Shown: one piece after another, positions 46,485-63,849 of the stretch | How the letters are laid out: the number at the start of each line of letters is the position of its first letter | Position numbering within the stretch: the first letter of the stretch is position 1 | Source: Eledone cirrhosa | Lineage: Eukaryota | Length of the DNA stretch: 64,000 bases | Reading direction: 5' to 3' | Assembly (NCBI GenBank): GCA_964016885.1 | Contig: OZ024742.1 | Span: 341,248,001-341,312,000 of the forward strand | Program-made: the position numbers and the translations under genes | Notes under the pieces: model-generated | Told to the model about the DNA's origin: nothing | Seen by the model: only the letters and a program-made list of their open reading frames with translations | Databases searched by the model: none

Positions 46485-47110
46485 TACAAGGATGTAAGCC
46501 ACATTGTTGCCAGCTGCGAAAGAATGTCATCTCGCTACTACCTCCCATGAGACACGCTGGGATAGCTAGAACCATCTGGAACGCACTTCGGAAAACAAAA
46601 TTAACAACAAACGAGGAGGAATATATTGAGACAGATGGCACTAAGGAATACTGGTGGAACCTGAAAATAAAAACTGCCACCAAATTAAAGCACAACCGGC
46701 CTGATATTGTAGTTTGGGACCACACATTGAAAACGTGTTCTGTTGTGGAGATCAGCTGCCCACTTCATGTAAACGTTGTCAGAAAAATACAGGAGAAGGA
46801 GGACATCTACGGACCATTGATGAGGAGTTTACAAATCCAGTATCCAAGATACACCTTTAGCTTCATACCCATCATTATTGGAGCTACGGGTTATATACCA
46901 ACTCATTTGGACCAAAGTATGACTGAACTTGGATTTGCGGACAAAGAGCGCAGCTCCCTAATTCATAGTCTACAAATGGCTGCGATAGTTGGCACCTTCA
47001 AAATTTGCAAAACATTCTTGTGATTCAAGGAATGACAATTCCTTTTCTTTTACAACCTTGCCACCAGGAAGGTGGCCGGTCAAAAAGAATATACTCGAAA
47101 TTAAGAGAAA
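46485..47110 (+). pseudogene. R4-type restriction-like endonuclease (RLE) domain fragment and 3' end
   Basis: SHIVASC..RH, HNRPDIVVWD..VVEISCP..EKEDIY..IPIIIGATG. Confidence 0.8.
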
Positions 47111-47544
47111 GAGATAACATACATATATACTTACATACATACATAGTTACACACACACATGCACACACACATGTGTATCATTTGATAAGAAGACAACAGA
47201 AAAGTGTAAGAAAATCACCAACTTCGCTCCAATAATAACGAATCCTAATAAGAGACCTCCATCTTCAGTATTCGGTGTTTTTCATTACTATTTTCCAATC
47301 TGTTGAATCAATTACGTGGAAAAAAGATGCAATTTTTATCACTGAATATGTCGAAGATAAGTTGTTGTTGTTGTTGTTTTGGTGGTGGTGGTGGTGGTGG
47401 TTTTATTCACAGCTATTTAATAAGGAGAATAGCTTATTCGTTGACAGTAGCGTTGGTATGGTGACAGAATAATATTAAGATACATAAAATCCATCGATTT
47501 CTTGTTTAAAGCTAAAACTAAAACTTAAGAGTACCTTGCATTAC

Positions 47545-47890
47545 AATTTTCCAAAGTGATCGCGCCAAAAATACATTCAAAAATGGCTAAGAATCGTGAC
47601 GTGGCAGCGGTCAAGTTAGAAAGGATGTGATTAGTTGCTTACGGCGGGTAGGCTTATTGCTAGAAAGCGCAGCCTAATACCGCCAAATTTGGCGGTATTA
47701 GGGAGATTATTACATATAAAGGTTTACATATATCTATAAAGTCATAGATATATGTGTGTTTTGCAACAGGTCACGTTGTGGCTCAATGAAAAATTAATAA
47801 ATTAAATAATCAGAGCTATATATCAAAATATTTATTAATTTTTCATTGAGCCACAACGTGACCTGTTGCAAAACACATATATATCTATGG

Positions 47891-47930
<40 letters not shown>

Positions 47931-48595
47931 CTTTATATGTAATAATCTCCTGTTAGGTTGAGATACAATTTGGCGGTATTAGGCTGCGCTTTCTAGCAAT
48001 AAGCCTACCCGCCGTAAGCAACTAATCACATCCTTTCTAACTTGACCGCTGCGACGTCACGATTCTTAGCCATTTTTGAATGTATTTTTGGCGCGATCAC
48101 TTTGGAAAATTATATGTCTAATTTTGAGTTCGCTCCTGATGATTCCGAAGCTCTGGATATTCCCTGTTATCGGATGTCTTAAACTACGGATGAAACCATG
48201 GTAGAGGTAATTAGGTATGTACGCAATTCTTCTAAGTTCAATTTTACACCTAATTGTGTTTAGTTGACTGTATATCTGGTCTATTTTTACATGCTGTCGA
48301 AATGTTAGATAAATACTCTATTGTAGCCACCGCGAAGGGGCTGCTTTCGGTTATTTGTCGGAGATTTCTTCATAGGAGCCTTTATTCTTATAGCTTTGTC
48401 TAATTGATTTTTTATATGGTTAATTATGCTAATTGGGAGAGGAAATGGTATATATTATATCTAGTGATTCTAAAGACATATTTTATGATATATAGCTCTG
48501 ATTATTTAATTTATTAATTTTTCATTGAGCCACAACGTGACCTGTTGCAAAACACATATATATCTATGACTTTATATATATATGTAAACCTTTAA
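47545..48595 (+). mobile_element. ORF-less HHR-containing element (~679-bp unit, terminal direct repeat, inverted head)
   Basis: 47831-47935 is repeated at 48510-48595; 47545-47831 is an inverted copy spanning the unit junction. Confidence 0.75.
48133..48206 (+). ncRNA. Type I hammerhead ribozyme
   Basis: CTC-CTGATGA-T TCCG..CGGA T-GAAACC AT GGTA^-GAG; palindromic ACCATGGT. Confidence 0.75.
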
Positions 48596-48604
48596 ATATA
48601 TATA

Positions 48605-52660
<4,056 letters not shown>

Positions 52661-53682
52661 GGAAGTTTCTTGTATTGTAATGTTTTAGTGTTAGTCTTAC
52701 ATTTAACTAGTTCACAGTGGTTACGTTAGTTTCTAAAGTTATTTTTAAGTCAAAAGATTTGAAAGTTTGTATGATCTCTTTTCCCCCGTCTCTCTTTCTC
52801 ACTCTCTCACTCTCTCTCTTTCTCACTCTCTCACTCTCTCACTCTCTCACTCTCTGTCTCACTCTCTCACTCTCTCTCTCTCTCTCTCCTTCTCTCCCCC
52901 GTCTCTCTGTCTCACTCTCTTACTCTCTCTCTTTCTCTCTTTCTCTCTTTCTCTCTTTCTCTCTCTCTTCTTCTCTCTATCTCCTTCTCTCTCTCTCCTT
53001 CTCTCTCTCTCCTTCTCACCCTCTGCTTCTCTCTCTCTCCTTCTCTCTCCTTTTTCTCTCTTTCTTTCTCCCTCTCCCACTCCCTACCCCCCCTCTCTCT
53101 CTCTGGAAAAAAGTGTTTAGATCTGGAAATGGTTTCAGCTCCGCCAGGTTTAATGTTCCCAAGATGTCACAACGGCGCTCCTACGACTCCATCTAAATTT
53201 ATGGTTGCATACATACATGTAGCTTATCAAGATCTCGTCTTTCTCCCAGTAACTTAAACCAGCATCGGAACTATAACGTCAATAAAGTTGGCAACTCCAC
53301 CAGCTCTTACCCACCTCATTTCTAAATAACTCTAATTAATTGAAATATATTGCCGTCCTTCGGGGAAACGCCTTCTCCATTCTGTCCGCCGGGGCTGTGG
53401 GGAGGCCACCAATATGACTGACTGACTTGTCATTTTATCAGTCAACTGTTGCTGTCGTTAACATATCTCAGTCTTTTATATACTAGACTTGAAGGAATGT
53501 AGCAAAACCTTACACTACCAACACCACCATTAACACCACCACTAACACCTGTACTTTCATATGTACATATCTACAAGTTGAAAACATATCAATTCCATTC
53601 AAGACATACAAACCTTCTTTCCTTTTACCCTCCTCTTCAAAACTTTCGCAACAATTAATTATAACATCTGCATTATATTCTA

Positions 53683-53872
53683 CAAGGGCGGTGAATTGGC
53701 AGTATCAGTAGAGGGTCGGACATGCTTTCCAGCATAGTTACGTCCCTTTACGATCTGAGTTCAAATCCGGCCGAGGTTAACTTTGCCTTTCATCCTTACG
53801 GGGTCGATAAAATAAAGTACCAGTAATACACTGGTTAATTGCTGGCCTTGTGCCTAAAATAGAAACAATTAT
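53683..53872 (+). mobile_element. SINE family A, full length
   Basis: A-box-like TGGCAGTATCAG, B-box GAGTTCAAATCC, core and tail. Confidence 0.8.
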
Positions 53873-54004
53873 ATTCTACATGCATATGATAGGGAGTGGC
53901 GAAACTTAGAGCTGCTAGTTATATGGAATTTGAGAATGACGAAACATGCTTTTTTTTTTTTAGCTATATATATTTTTTTTTACAATAGTTTATAACTTTG
54001 CCTA

Positions 54005-54305
54005 TTAATCCGTATGGTGAGCAAATGGGGTCCCACGTGCTGGCCTCCCCACAGCCCCGGTGGACAGGATGGAGAAGGCGTTTCCCCGGAGGATGGTAAG
54101 GGAGATGCGCTGGAAGAGCCATTCCAACTCGCGAGGCTCACACCTGCTGCTGGCCAACTCAACGCCTATGGTGGTGGATAGAGAGGTAGCCCTAGGGCCA
54201 AGGACACCATAAGTCTCCACTGCCAAGGGCACGACCGAAAACCTGTCGGAGAGCGACCGATATTTGGAGAGTTTGTCCTCCTCAGCCCAACGTGCAGCTG
54301 AAACA
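54005..54305 (-). pseudogene. C-terminal RLE fragment of a CRE-like non-LTR element
   Basis: AEEDKLSKY..VPLAVETYGVLG..LFQRISLTILRGNA; a small inverted copy lies at ~53356-53407. Confidence 0.7.
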
Positions 54306-54831
54306 TTATTTGTTATTTCAATCATCTTCTTGAGTCACACACACACCTACCCACCCCCACCCACTCCTACCACCACTCCCACCCTTCGAAGGTGAAGCGC
54401 CCATTTTACTTTTTCTAATGAGTGAAATATATGGAGCTCGCCACACCTTCATAAACATCCACAACACCGATGTCATCCACGGGAGAGCCAATGGCCGATA
54501 CAGCATGGTACCAGTGACGTCGCAACTCATTTCTGCAGCTGAATAAACTGGAGCAACGTGAAATAAAATGACTTGCTCAAGGATACAACGCATCACGAAT
54601 CCGAGTATCCAGCTCAAAACCTTCCTATTACAAGCCCAACGCTCTAACCACTAAACCATGCACCTTCATTAAGGAAGGAGGGTTGTTTTAATAAAGTAAA
54701 CAAAATACAGTAAAATCACGAGATGAAATTGAACCTCATATCTCCTGCCAGATCGTAGAAAATTACTTAACAAATACGTGTGGATGTGTGTCTATTTGTT
54801 TGGGTATGTGTGCACACGTGATTCTGTCTGT

Positions 54832-54897
<66 letters not shown>

Positions 54898-55650
54898 TTC
54901 TGTGTATGTGTGTGTTTGTTTCTCTCTCTCTCTCTCTGTGTCTGTCTGTTTCTATCTGTTTGTGTGTGTTTCTGTGTTTCTGTATATGTGTGTTCTCCTG
55001 TGTGTGTGGGGGGGTATGTGTGTGTGTGTTTCTGTGTGTGTGTGTGTGTATGTATGTGCCCACGCGAATGTGCACGTGTGTGTGTATGTGTGTGTGTGTG
55101 TGTTATCTATCCATACTTTTTATAGATCTTCCATAGAAGTACTTCTCAATATGTTATAAATGTTAAAGGATGTGGTATTATCAATAGAATTACACAAAGA
55201 TCACACGGTAATGAACTAAAATCAATACTTGATAATCGATTCGACTAGCAACTTTTATTCAATTTCCACTAACGAAGGCCAAATAAGTAGCATCTATAAC
55301 TGTGTTAGTAGTCTATTGGATAATGGATCTAGAAGTTAAGGGTTCGAGTCCTCTTTCCGTCACCCTATGAGTGACCCAGACTCATGATTGTTTAAGGTTC
55401 TAGAAAGGGCTGGTTCAACTGAGTAGCTTCTACAATTAGTTTTGGTCTTTTGTAAGAATTTCCTGTACTCTTGGGTTTTGAATAATCGTCCCACCCCCAT
55501 CACATGCCCCACACATCACCCCACCCGGCTAATTAATTTTTCAAATTTTTCCACCTCAACCCCCACTTATTCCAACCTCCCTTCCCCGTTATTTGGGACC
55601 CGAGAGTATGTTACAATATCCACTCCGCCCCTCATCCATTTGTATATACA

Positions 55651-55727
<77 letters not shown>

Positions 55728-56537
55728 GTACACAAACAAGCATGTAGGAGTATACTTGGGTAGTTGAGGGTTTGTGGGCAGAACTGCCTAAAATCACAGA
55801 AAACAATTCTCAGACTGTGGAAGGAAAAGGACTAAAACCCTTAGGAAGTGGAAAGGAGGAGTCCCAGCTGGATCTGATCGAGAGGAACAAAAATGACCTC
55901 CATACTGTTTAAGGGTAATACGTTTGTATTTTAACGTGGGCTAAGGAAACTAACTCAGTCTGAGTCATGATGGTGTTGGTGGCGGTGGTTACACTATTGA
56001 CATTTCACTGCTACCATAACGAACAGCACAAAGTAGATAAAAAGAATGAAATTTGTGGACATTTACGGGGTCAATAGGAGTACGAGAAACAACAATCACA
56101 ATAAAAATATAGTAACAACGTTTTGTTATACTTGTAAAAAGAACTGAAGAAAAGGTTTAAATAAAAGTTTGAAAGCAAGAGTTCTAGCTATGTAGAGTTA
56201 ACAATTGTTGAGATGTTTGCAGGGAATAGAGCTACGAATATAGATATTTAATGAAAAGATATAATGCACACATGTTTAGTTCATTATGTAATATCTAATG
56301 GATATGTGGCGTTATACAAATTCGGAAACTCTAGAAATCCGGAAAATGGCCGTGAAAACTGACAAAGCAAATACAACTATGAATGAAGAAATCTTAAAAG
56401 AACTACGAGATATAAATGGAAAACACAGGATTCTAAGAGAAAAGCTTGATAAACTACACAGTTCTACACAAGACCTCGACAATAAAGAAAACAGTGGTAT
56501 AACAGACAATACGTTCAATATTAATATACAATATTAA

Positions 56538-57352
56538 TACACAAGGCCAGCAGTTGCGGAGGGAAAAGTCGATTAAATCGACCCCAGTAAATTACTGGTA
56601 CTATGTTTTATCAACCCCTTAAGGGTGAAAGGCAAAGCTCACCTCTGCCGTGACTATATGCTGCACAGAATTTTGTCCGGCGCTCTACCGACACTACCAA
56701 TCCACCGTCCTAACAATGGAAATAATAATGGTTTCTGGTTTAGGCACAAGGCCAGTAATTTGTGGGGGGTGGTCGATTAAATCGACCCCAGTACGTTACT
56801 GGTGCTTTATTTTATCGACCCCTTAAGGGTGAAAGGCAAAGCTGACCTCGGCGAGATTTGAACTCAGAACGTAAAGGGCCGTCACTATATGCTGCACACC
56901 ATTTTTTCCGGTGCTCTACCAACACTACCAATCCATCGTCCTAACTGGAAATAATAATTGTTTCTACTTTTGGCACAAGACCAGCAATTTAACCAGTACA
57001 TTACTGGTACTTTATTTTATCGACTCCGTAAGGATGAAAGGAAAAGTTAACCTCGGCGGGATTTGAACTCAGACCGTAAAGGAACGTAACTATGCTAGAA
57101 AGCATGGCGTCCAACCCTCTACCGATACTGCCAATTCATCTTCACAATACCAAATAATAATTTTTTCTACTATTGGCACAAGGCCAGCAATTATTCCAGT
57201 GTATTACTGGTACATCATTTTATCGACCCTGTAAGGATGAAAGGCAAAGTTGACCTCGGTGGGATTTGAACTCAGATCATAAAGGGAAGTAACTCTATGC
57301 TTCAAAGCATGGCGTCCGACCCTCTACCGATACTGCCAATCCACCGCCCTAT
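56538..57352 (-). mobile_element. Four head-to-tail SINE family A copies
   Basis: ~56538-56712, 56725-56942, 56950-57140 and 57155-57352, separated by AATAATAAT; another copy at 59518-59702. Confidence 0.8.
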
Positions 57353-57475
57353 ACCAATACCAAATAATAATGAAATCTAAAATAGAGTAATAACACTCAA
57401 CCGAAGAGGAAAAGATTGAGACCAGAAATCTTATATATATAAAAAGTAGAATCTGATATATTTCGAACAAATACC

Positions 57476-58966
57476 TGAATACTCCGTTAATCTTATCGTT
57501 ACCACTACATGAGGGCTGAATACTCCGTTGATCTTATCGTTACCACTACATGAGGGCTGAATACTCCGTTGATCTTATCGTTACCACTACATGAGGGCTG
57601 AATACCCCGTTGATCTTGTCGTTACCACTACATGAGGGCTGAATACTCCGTTGATCTTATCGTTACCACTACATGAGGGCTGAATACCCCGTTGATCTTG
57701 TCGTTACCACTACATGAGGGCTGAATACTCCGTTGATCTTATCGTTACCACTACATGAGGGCTGAATACCCCGTTGATCTTGTCGTTACCACTACATGAG
57801 GGCTGAATACTCCGTTGATCTTATCGTTACCACTACATGAGGGCTGAATACTCCGTTGATCTTATCGTTACCACTACATGAGGGCTGAATACCCCGTTGA
57901 TCTTGTCGTTACCACTACATGAGGGCTGAATACCCCGTTGATCTTGTCGTTACCACTACATGAGGGCTGAATACCCCGTTGATCTTGTCGTTACCACTAC
58001 ATGAGGGCTGAATACCCCGTTGATCTTATCGTTACCACTACATGAGGGCTGAATACCCCGTTGATCTTATCGTTACCACTACATGAGGGCTGAATACCCC
58101 GTTGATCTTATCGTTACCACTACATGAGGGCTGAATACCCCGTTGATCTTATCGTTACCATTACATGAGGGCTGAATACCCCGTTGATCTTATCGTTACC
58201 ATTACATGAGGGCTGAATACCCCGTTAATCTTGTTACCACTACATGAGGGCTGAATACTCCGTTAATCTTGTTACCACTACATGATGGCTGAATACTCCG
58301 TTGATCTTATCGTTACCACTACATGAGGGCTGAATACTCCGTTAATCTTATCGTTACCACTACATGAGGGCTGAATACTCCGTTGATCTTGTCGTTACCA
58401 CTACATGAGGGCTGAATACCCCGTTGATCTTATCGTTACCACTACATGAGGGCTGAATACCCCGTTGATCTTATCGTTACCACTACATGAGGGCTGAATA
58501 CCCCGTTGATCTTATCGTTACCACTACATGAGGGCTGAATACCCCGTTGATCTTATCGTTACCATTACATGAGGGCTGAATACCCCGTTAATCTTGTTAC
58601 CACTACATGAGGGCTGAATACTCCGTTAATCTTGTTACCACTACATGATGGCTGAATACTCCGTTGATCTTATCGTTACCACTACATGAGGGCTGAATAC
58701 TCCGTTAATCTTATCGTTACCACTACATGAGGGCTGAATACTCCGTTAATCTTGTTACCACTGCATGAGGGCTGAATACTCCGTTGATCTTATCGTTACC
58801 ACATGAGGGTTGAATACTCCGTTAATCTTATCGTTACCACTACATGATGGCTGAATACTCCGTTAATCTTATCGTTACCACTACATGATGGCTGAATACT
58901 CCGTTAATCTTATCGTTACTACTACATGATGGCTGAATACTCCGTTAATCTTATCGTTACCACTAC
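57476..58966. repeat. 41-bp minisatellite, ~36 units (GGGCTGAATAC[T/C]CCGTT[G/A]ATCTT[A/G]TCGTTACCACTACATGA)
   Basis: Direct periodicity; some units carry a 3-bp deletion. Confidence 0.95.
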
Positions 58967-60775
58967 CAGAGCAATAACTGACGAATCAGAATCACAAGGA
59001 AAACTACAGGAACAAATGTCTCCAAATAAAATACACGTGGAAGTAGAACTTCTAAGATTAAGAGCCGCGACATATCAGCTTATATATAAGGATTTTGACC
59101 AAGAAATGGAAGGAGAGTGTGCAAAAATAAAACAAGGGACCACTTCTACAAAATGTATTGAAACTTTGGAAACAAGCCCTCCAGAATCAAAAACTCGAAT
59201 CACTCCAAAAAACGGAAAAAAGCGAAAATAAAATATGGAAAGGAATTTAAGAAAATATACAATAGACAATATACAATATAGACAACCCTTTCATAAAGGA
59301 AATTAATAAAGCAGAAACGTTAGCCGAAGCTCTTAAACTGCCGACCATATACCCAACATATCAAGGGTTTAAACATATTTTTCATCAATCAAAACTAAAG
59401 ATAATCAACAAAAACACATTAAATATAACGTTGTCAGCCATAAAACAATATTATAGAGAACCATATTTGAAAGATTCAGTAAACAGCCCCACAGTAGAAA
59501 CCCTTTGAAATTCAAAAATAATTGTTTCTACTTTTGGCACAAGGCTAGCAATTACCCAATACATTACTGGTACTTTATTTTATCGACCTCGCAAGGATGA
59601 AAGGCAAAGTTTACCTCGGCGGGATTTGAACTCAGAATGACAAGGGCCGTAACTATGCGCCAAAGCATGGCGTCCGACCCTCTATCGTAACTGCCAATCC
59701 ATCGTGAAATAATGAAACAAAGATATGATATTCCAAAGGATTTTTTTTTTCATAAGAACAGCCAAACCAGGATTCACCATCAGCAAAATATCAATACCCC
59801 ACGCCCCGCCCCCAAAATTCATCTTATAGATTAACACCTAACAGATCAATGAGAAATACCACGACATATTAGGGTCTTCCAAACATAAGAAACTGAAGAT
59901 AACTTATGAAAAACGACATTAACAGACATTGACATAAACATATCAATTAAAAGAATGAAATTTCTAACTTACAAAAATCAGACTGAAATGATAAATAACA
60001 TTAAAAGCATTCTGCCGCAAACTCAGACAAACTGAACTTTTTTTTTTTTTTTAAATTATTATTATTATTTTTTTTTTTTTTTGTAGAATTTACAAATATG
60101 AGAAATCACTAGTTAGAAATATATAAGCAGTTTCTGATGAAATATAGCGCAAGATACCTACGTTTAATATATTCTGAAATTTCCAATTGAAAATTTTAAA
60201 AATAGAATCACAAAATCAAATTTCTCAAAGCAGTAATAGAAAAACCTAAATGATTTACATTGAAATAACAAGTATAAAAAGTCGATAAAACTAGCGCAGT
60301 TGTTACCACATATAAAAACTATTATAAAGAACTTAAAATGTTACAAGACAGTAATTACTATGAAAATACAAACCACTATAAACAACTGAAAATAATAGGA
60401 AATCATCTAACATAACTAAATAAGTATCACAAATGTTTAAGCTCGAAAGTATTTGATTCCATAAACCACTTCGGTGCATATTCTATGGCTTCCTAAAATA
60501 TGTAAGAACAAACTGGTAAGTGATGTTTGTAAATATGCTACAATAAAATACATCGAGTTATCATCACCAGATTATTTGAAATTAAGACAAATTCTAATCG
60601 GTTCGCTACGTGAAGCACAGACAAGGTGACTTTTCGAGCATTCTACTAATGTTCTTTTTAGAACATATACACAGTTGTATACGAGATGATCTGGACATGT
60701 TTACCTACCTAGGAAATGATCAAAATATAATCATCATTTCCTTTGACGTGGCAAATTTATGTACAAATATCCAAC
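58967..60775 (+). pseudogene. Highly decayed PLE-like ORF remnant
   Basis: A-rich coding-like strand; CIRDDLDMFTYL..IISFDVANLCTNI resembles RT motif A of PLEs. Confidence 0.5.
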
Positions 60776-61250
60776 TATCTTGTTCGGGGTCCACCTCTGG
60801 TTCTCCTGCCGGTTGGTTTTGCCCGTAAAATCTGTCCAGCGATTCTTTCCTGAGACATTTTAACCACAAGCCTATAGTATCGGAACTGTGATCTCCCAAT
60901 TCGGTGAAGTAGCGGTTCTACCCGGAGTGACTCTCTGATCTCCGAGCTACGCACTCTATCTAGTACCGTTAGTCCAAAGACCCCTCGGAGGTATCCCATT
61001 TCGGCCGCTTGTATTCCCGATCGTATTCTTTCGGGCATTACCTAAGATTCATGACCATGGGCAAGGGTTGGCATGAAAACCAAATTGAAGACAGGGAGTT
61101 TCGCTTTTACACCTACAATGCTGAAGCTGGGGCGTTACTGCACCAGCTCCTGTAATACTGGCTCTTAATTCAGCCTCCTGCCTTCCATCACTCGTGAACA
61201 CGACCCCGAGATATTTGAACTTCTCCAACTGCTTTAGTGGAACTCCATTC
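60776..61250 (-). pseudogene. RTE-clade LINE fragment
   Basis: KFKYLGVVFTSDG and IQAAEMGYLR..DRVRSSEIRESL..GRRTRGGPRTR. Confidence 0.75.
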
Positions 61251-61299
61251 TCTCTCCCTCTCTCTCTATATATATATGTGTGTGTGCATGTGTGTGTGC

Positions 61300-61331
<32 letters not shown>

Positions 61332-61946
61332 GATATATATTAAATATTCGTGATATGAAAGCTAGGTAGACCACGGATCAATGTAGTACTCAATGCATAT
61401 GAAAGAGTAGAGTCGGCTTAGCTACACTGTAGGTGAACCCATGGGATTTTACCATTTACTATATATACATGTGTGTGTGCTCGTGTATATGTATGTGTGT
61501 CTGTGTATGCGTGTGGATGAGTGTGTATGTATGTGTATGTATGTGTACTTGTGTGTGGATGAGTGTGTATGTATGTGTACTTGTGTGTATAATACATAGA
61601 GTCTGGTTTTCATCAATTCTCCGTTTCGAGTATGATTGGACTTGAAACTCAATAATAATGGAGACTGAAATTAAAAAATGTTCATATTTTGAAGTGGTAT
61701 TCTCTTCGTGTTTATGACGTCTTCGATTGTCACGCAAATAAAATATCTCCACTACCCCACCCTCTCTCCCATACACACATACACATATACACACATACAA
61801 ACACACACACACATACACTCTCAAAACACACACATACAAACACACACACATACACACACACACACTCAAACACATACAAACACACACACACACACATACA
61901 CGCGCACAAACACACACACTCAAACACATACAAACACACACAAACA

Positions 61947-61986
<40 letters not shown>

Positions 61987-62034
61987 TAAAAACACACACA
62001 CACACACACTCAAATACACACACACACATACACA

Positions 62035-62094
<60 letters not shown>

Positions 62095-62522
62095 TACAAA
62101 CACTATCTGAATTTGAGACTCTCTTTCCATAGTGTCGTTGTTTTACCTCTCACTGTCTCTCACTCTCTCTCTCTTTCTCTCTCCTCTCACTGTCTCTCAC
62201 TCTCTCTTTTTTTCTCTCCTCTCACTGTGTCTCACTCTCTCTCTTTCTGTCTCCTCTCACTGTCTCTCACTTTCTCTTTCCTCTCACTGTCTCTCACTCT
62301 CTCTGTCTTTCTGTCTCCTCTCACTGTCTCTCTCTCTCTCTCTTTCTCTATCTCTCTTTCTTTATCCCTCTCTCTATATATCTCTATTTATCTCTCTTTC
62401 TCTTTACACTTTCTATCTCTGTATGCCTGTCAATATGTGTTTCCATCTGTCGGTTTCTCTCTCCATCTGTCGGTTTCTCTCTCCCCCTCTCTCTCTCTCT
62501 CTCTCTCTTTCTCCCTCTCTCC

Positions 62523-62559
<37 letters not shown>

Positions 62560-62689
62560 GATCTTTCTGTGTATATATATTTCTATACCTATCCATCCAT
62601 CTATCTACCTAACTATCTACCTTCATATCTATCTATCTAATTATCCATTTATTTATCTATCTATCTACCTACTTATCTATTTATTAACA

Positions 62690-63835
62690 AAGAAACCAGC
62701 GCAACCATCTCAAGCGGAAATTCAGTTAGTCTTGAAAGACGCGATGAGAGATATCACTTTTATACAAAAGGATAAACTCTATGGGAGTTTATCCATATTG
62801 ATGAAAGACGAATTGGCGGCAAAAAAATACTCTGTGTCGCCAATTCGGTCCACAAACTACACCTTCTTCCCCACCTACATGGGTAAAAAAACCCAGAGGA
62901 TATGGATAACCACCATCACCCCAAACATAAACTACTGGTGGTTACTAACCGGTTTCCTCAATTTAGACGAGGACAACCTCATTTCAATAGGGAAGGCATC
63001 CGGCGACGCGTTCAGTGGAACGAGCATCGAAGTTCTGACCCAAATAAGGCCAGAACGCATCGCCCAAATCCCTGAGCGCGTCATGCTGGATGACCGTACC
63101 CACCTCAACATTATTGTGGAGGGTAGGCGTCCCTCCTGTTACCTCTGTGGCAATAGAGGTCACCTGAGGGCTGCCTGTCCCCAGCTCACACAGAAAAAAA
63201 CACTGCTACCAACACCATCACCACCCCAACTACAACAACAAAAACAACCACAACAACAACAAAAACCAACAACCCCACCACCACCACCACAACAACAACA
63301 ACAACAAACACGTGAAAAAATAACACAGAATACTGTCCCACCCAATCCCTCCCCACCCAAAACAAATACAAAAACACGCACACCGCAAACACTACCAGAA
63401 AACATACCCCTCCCACCCAACAAGGAAGACGAACCTCTTTCGTCGCAAGACGAAAAAGATCCCTTCCAACAAGTAAAAAGAAAGAAGAGGAGACGCACCA
63501 CAGACACACATGTTAACTTTAACCCCCCCCCCCCCCAAGAGAACACAAACTACACACAAACCACCCCTCCCTGTCACACAACACTAACTGCTACACAAAA
63601 AAAGACCTTACAATACACATACATGAACACAGACAACAAAGAATTACGGAAAACAATTTCAGCAAACCCTTCGGTCCAAACTGAAGGGCCTAACTTTAAA
63701 ACTGCTGTGGGACTACCTCATTTAAAAATGATAAAAGTCCCAATGCACTTGTACAAAACACTGAAAACAAATTTCACGGAGGACGTGCCCCCCCCCCCCC
63801 CCCCTGCGCCAAACCAATCAACCGCGTCCTCCTAA
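62690..63835 (+). CDS. ORF1-like protein fragment of a Tx1/L1-type LINE with a CCHC zinc knuckle
   Basis: VEGRRPSCYLCGNRGHLRAACP followed by a Pro/Gln-rich tail and FQQVKRKKRR; the first ~185 aa of the listed ORF are translated (CT)n/(TATC)n. Confidence 0.7.
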   Translation, partial: KKPAQPSQAEIQLVLKDAMRDITFIQKDKLYGSLSILMKDELAAKKYSVSPIRSTNYTFFPTYMGKKTQRIWITTITPNINYWWLLTGFLNLDEDNLISIGKASGDAFSGTSIEVLTQIRPERIAQIPERVMLDDRTHLNIIVEGRRPSCYLCGNRGHLRAACPQLTQKKTLLPTPSPPQLQQQKQPQQQQKPTTPPPPPQQQQQQTREKITQNTVPPNPSPPKTNTKTRTPQTLPENIPLPPNKEDEPLSSQDEKDPFQQVKRKKRRRTTDTHVNFNPPPPQENTNYTQTTPPCHTTLTATQKKTLQYTYMNTDNKELRKTISANPSVQTEGPNFKTAVGLPHLKMIKVPMHLYKTLKTNFTEDVPPPPPPAPNQSTASS

Positions 63836-63849
63836 AAAATTTCACCCCC

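Noticed and set aside
53683-53775. tRNA gene candidates at A/B-box motifs
   Set aside because: No cloverleaf; these are SINE heads followed by the SINE core.
56141-56195. CTGAAGA..GAAAGC..GCTA motif (similar weak cases at ~23770, ~40690 and ~47260)
   Set aside because: Stem I or the core does not pair convincingly.
60131-60200. CTGATGA..GAAA hammerhead-like motif
   Set aside because: Stems are A/T-only with extra nucleotides before GAAA, and it lies in a decayed ORF; probably chance.
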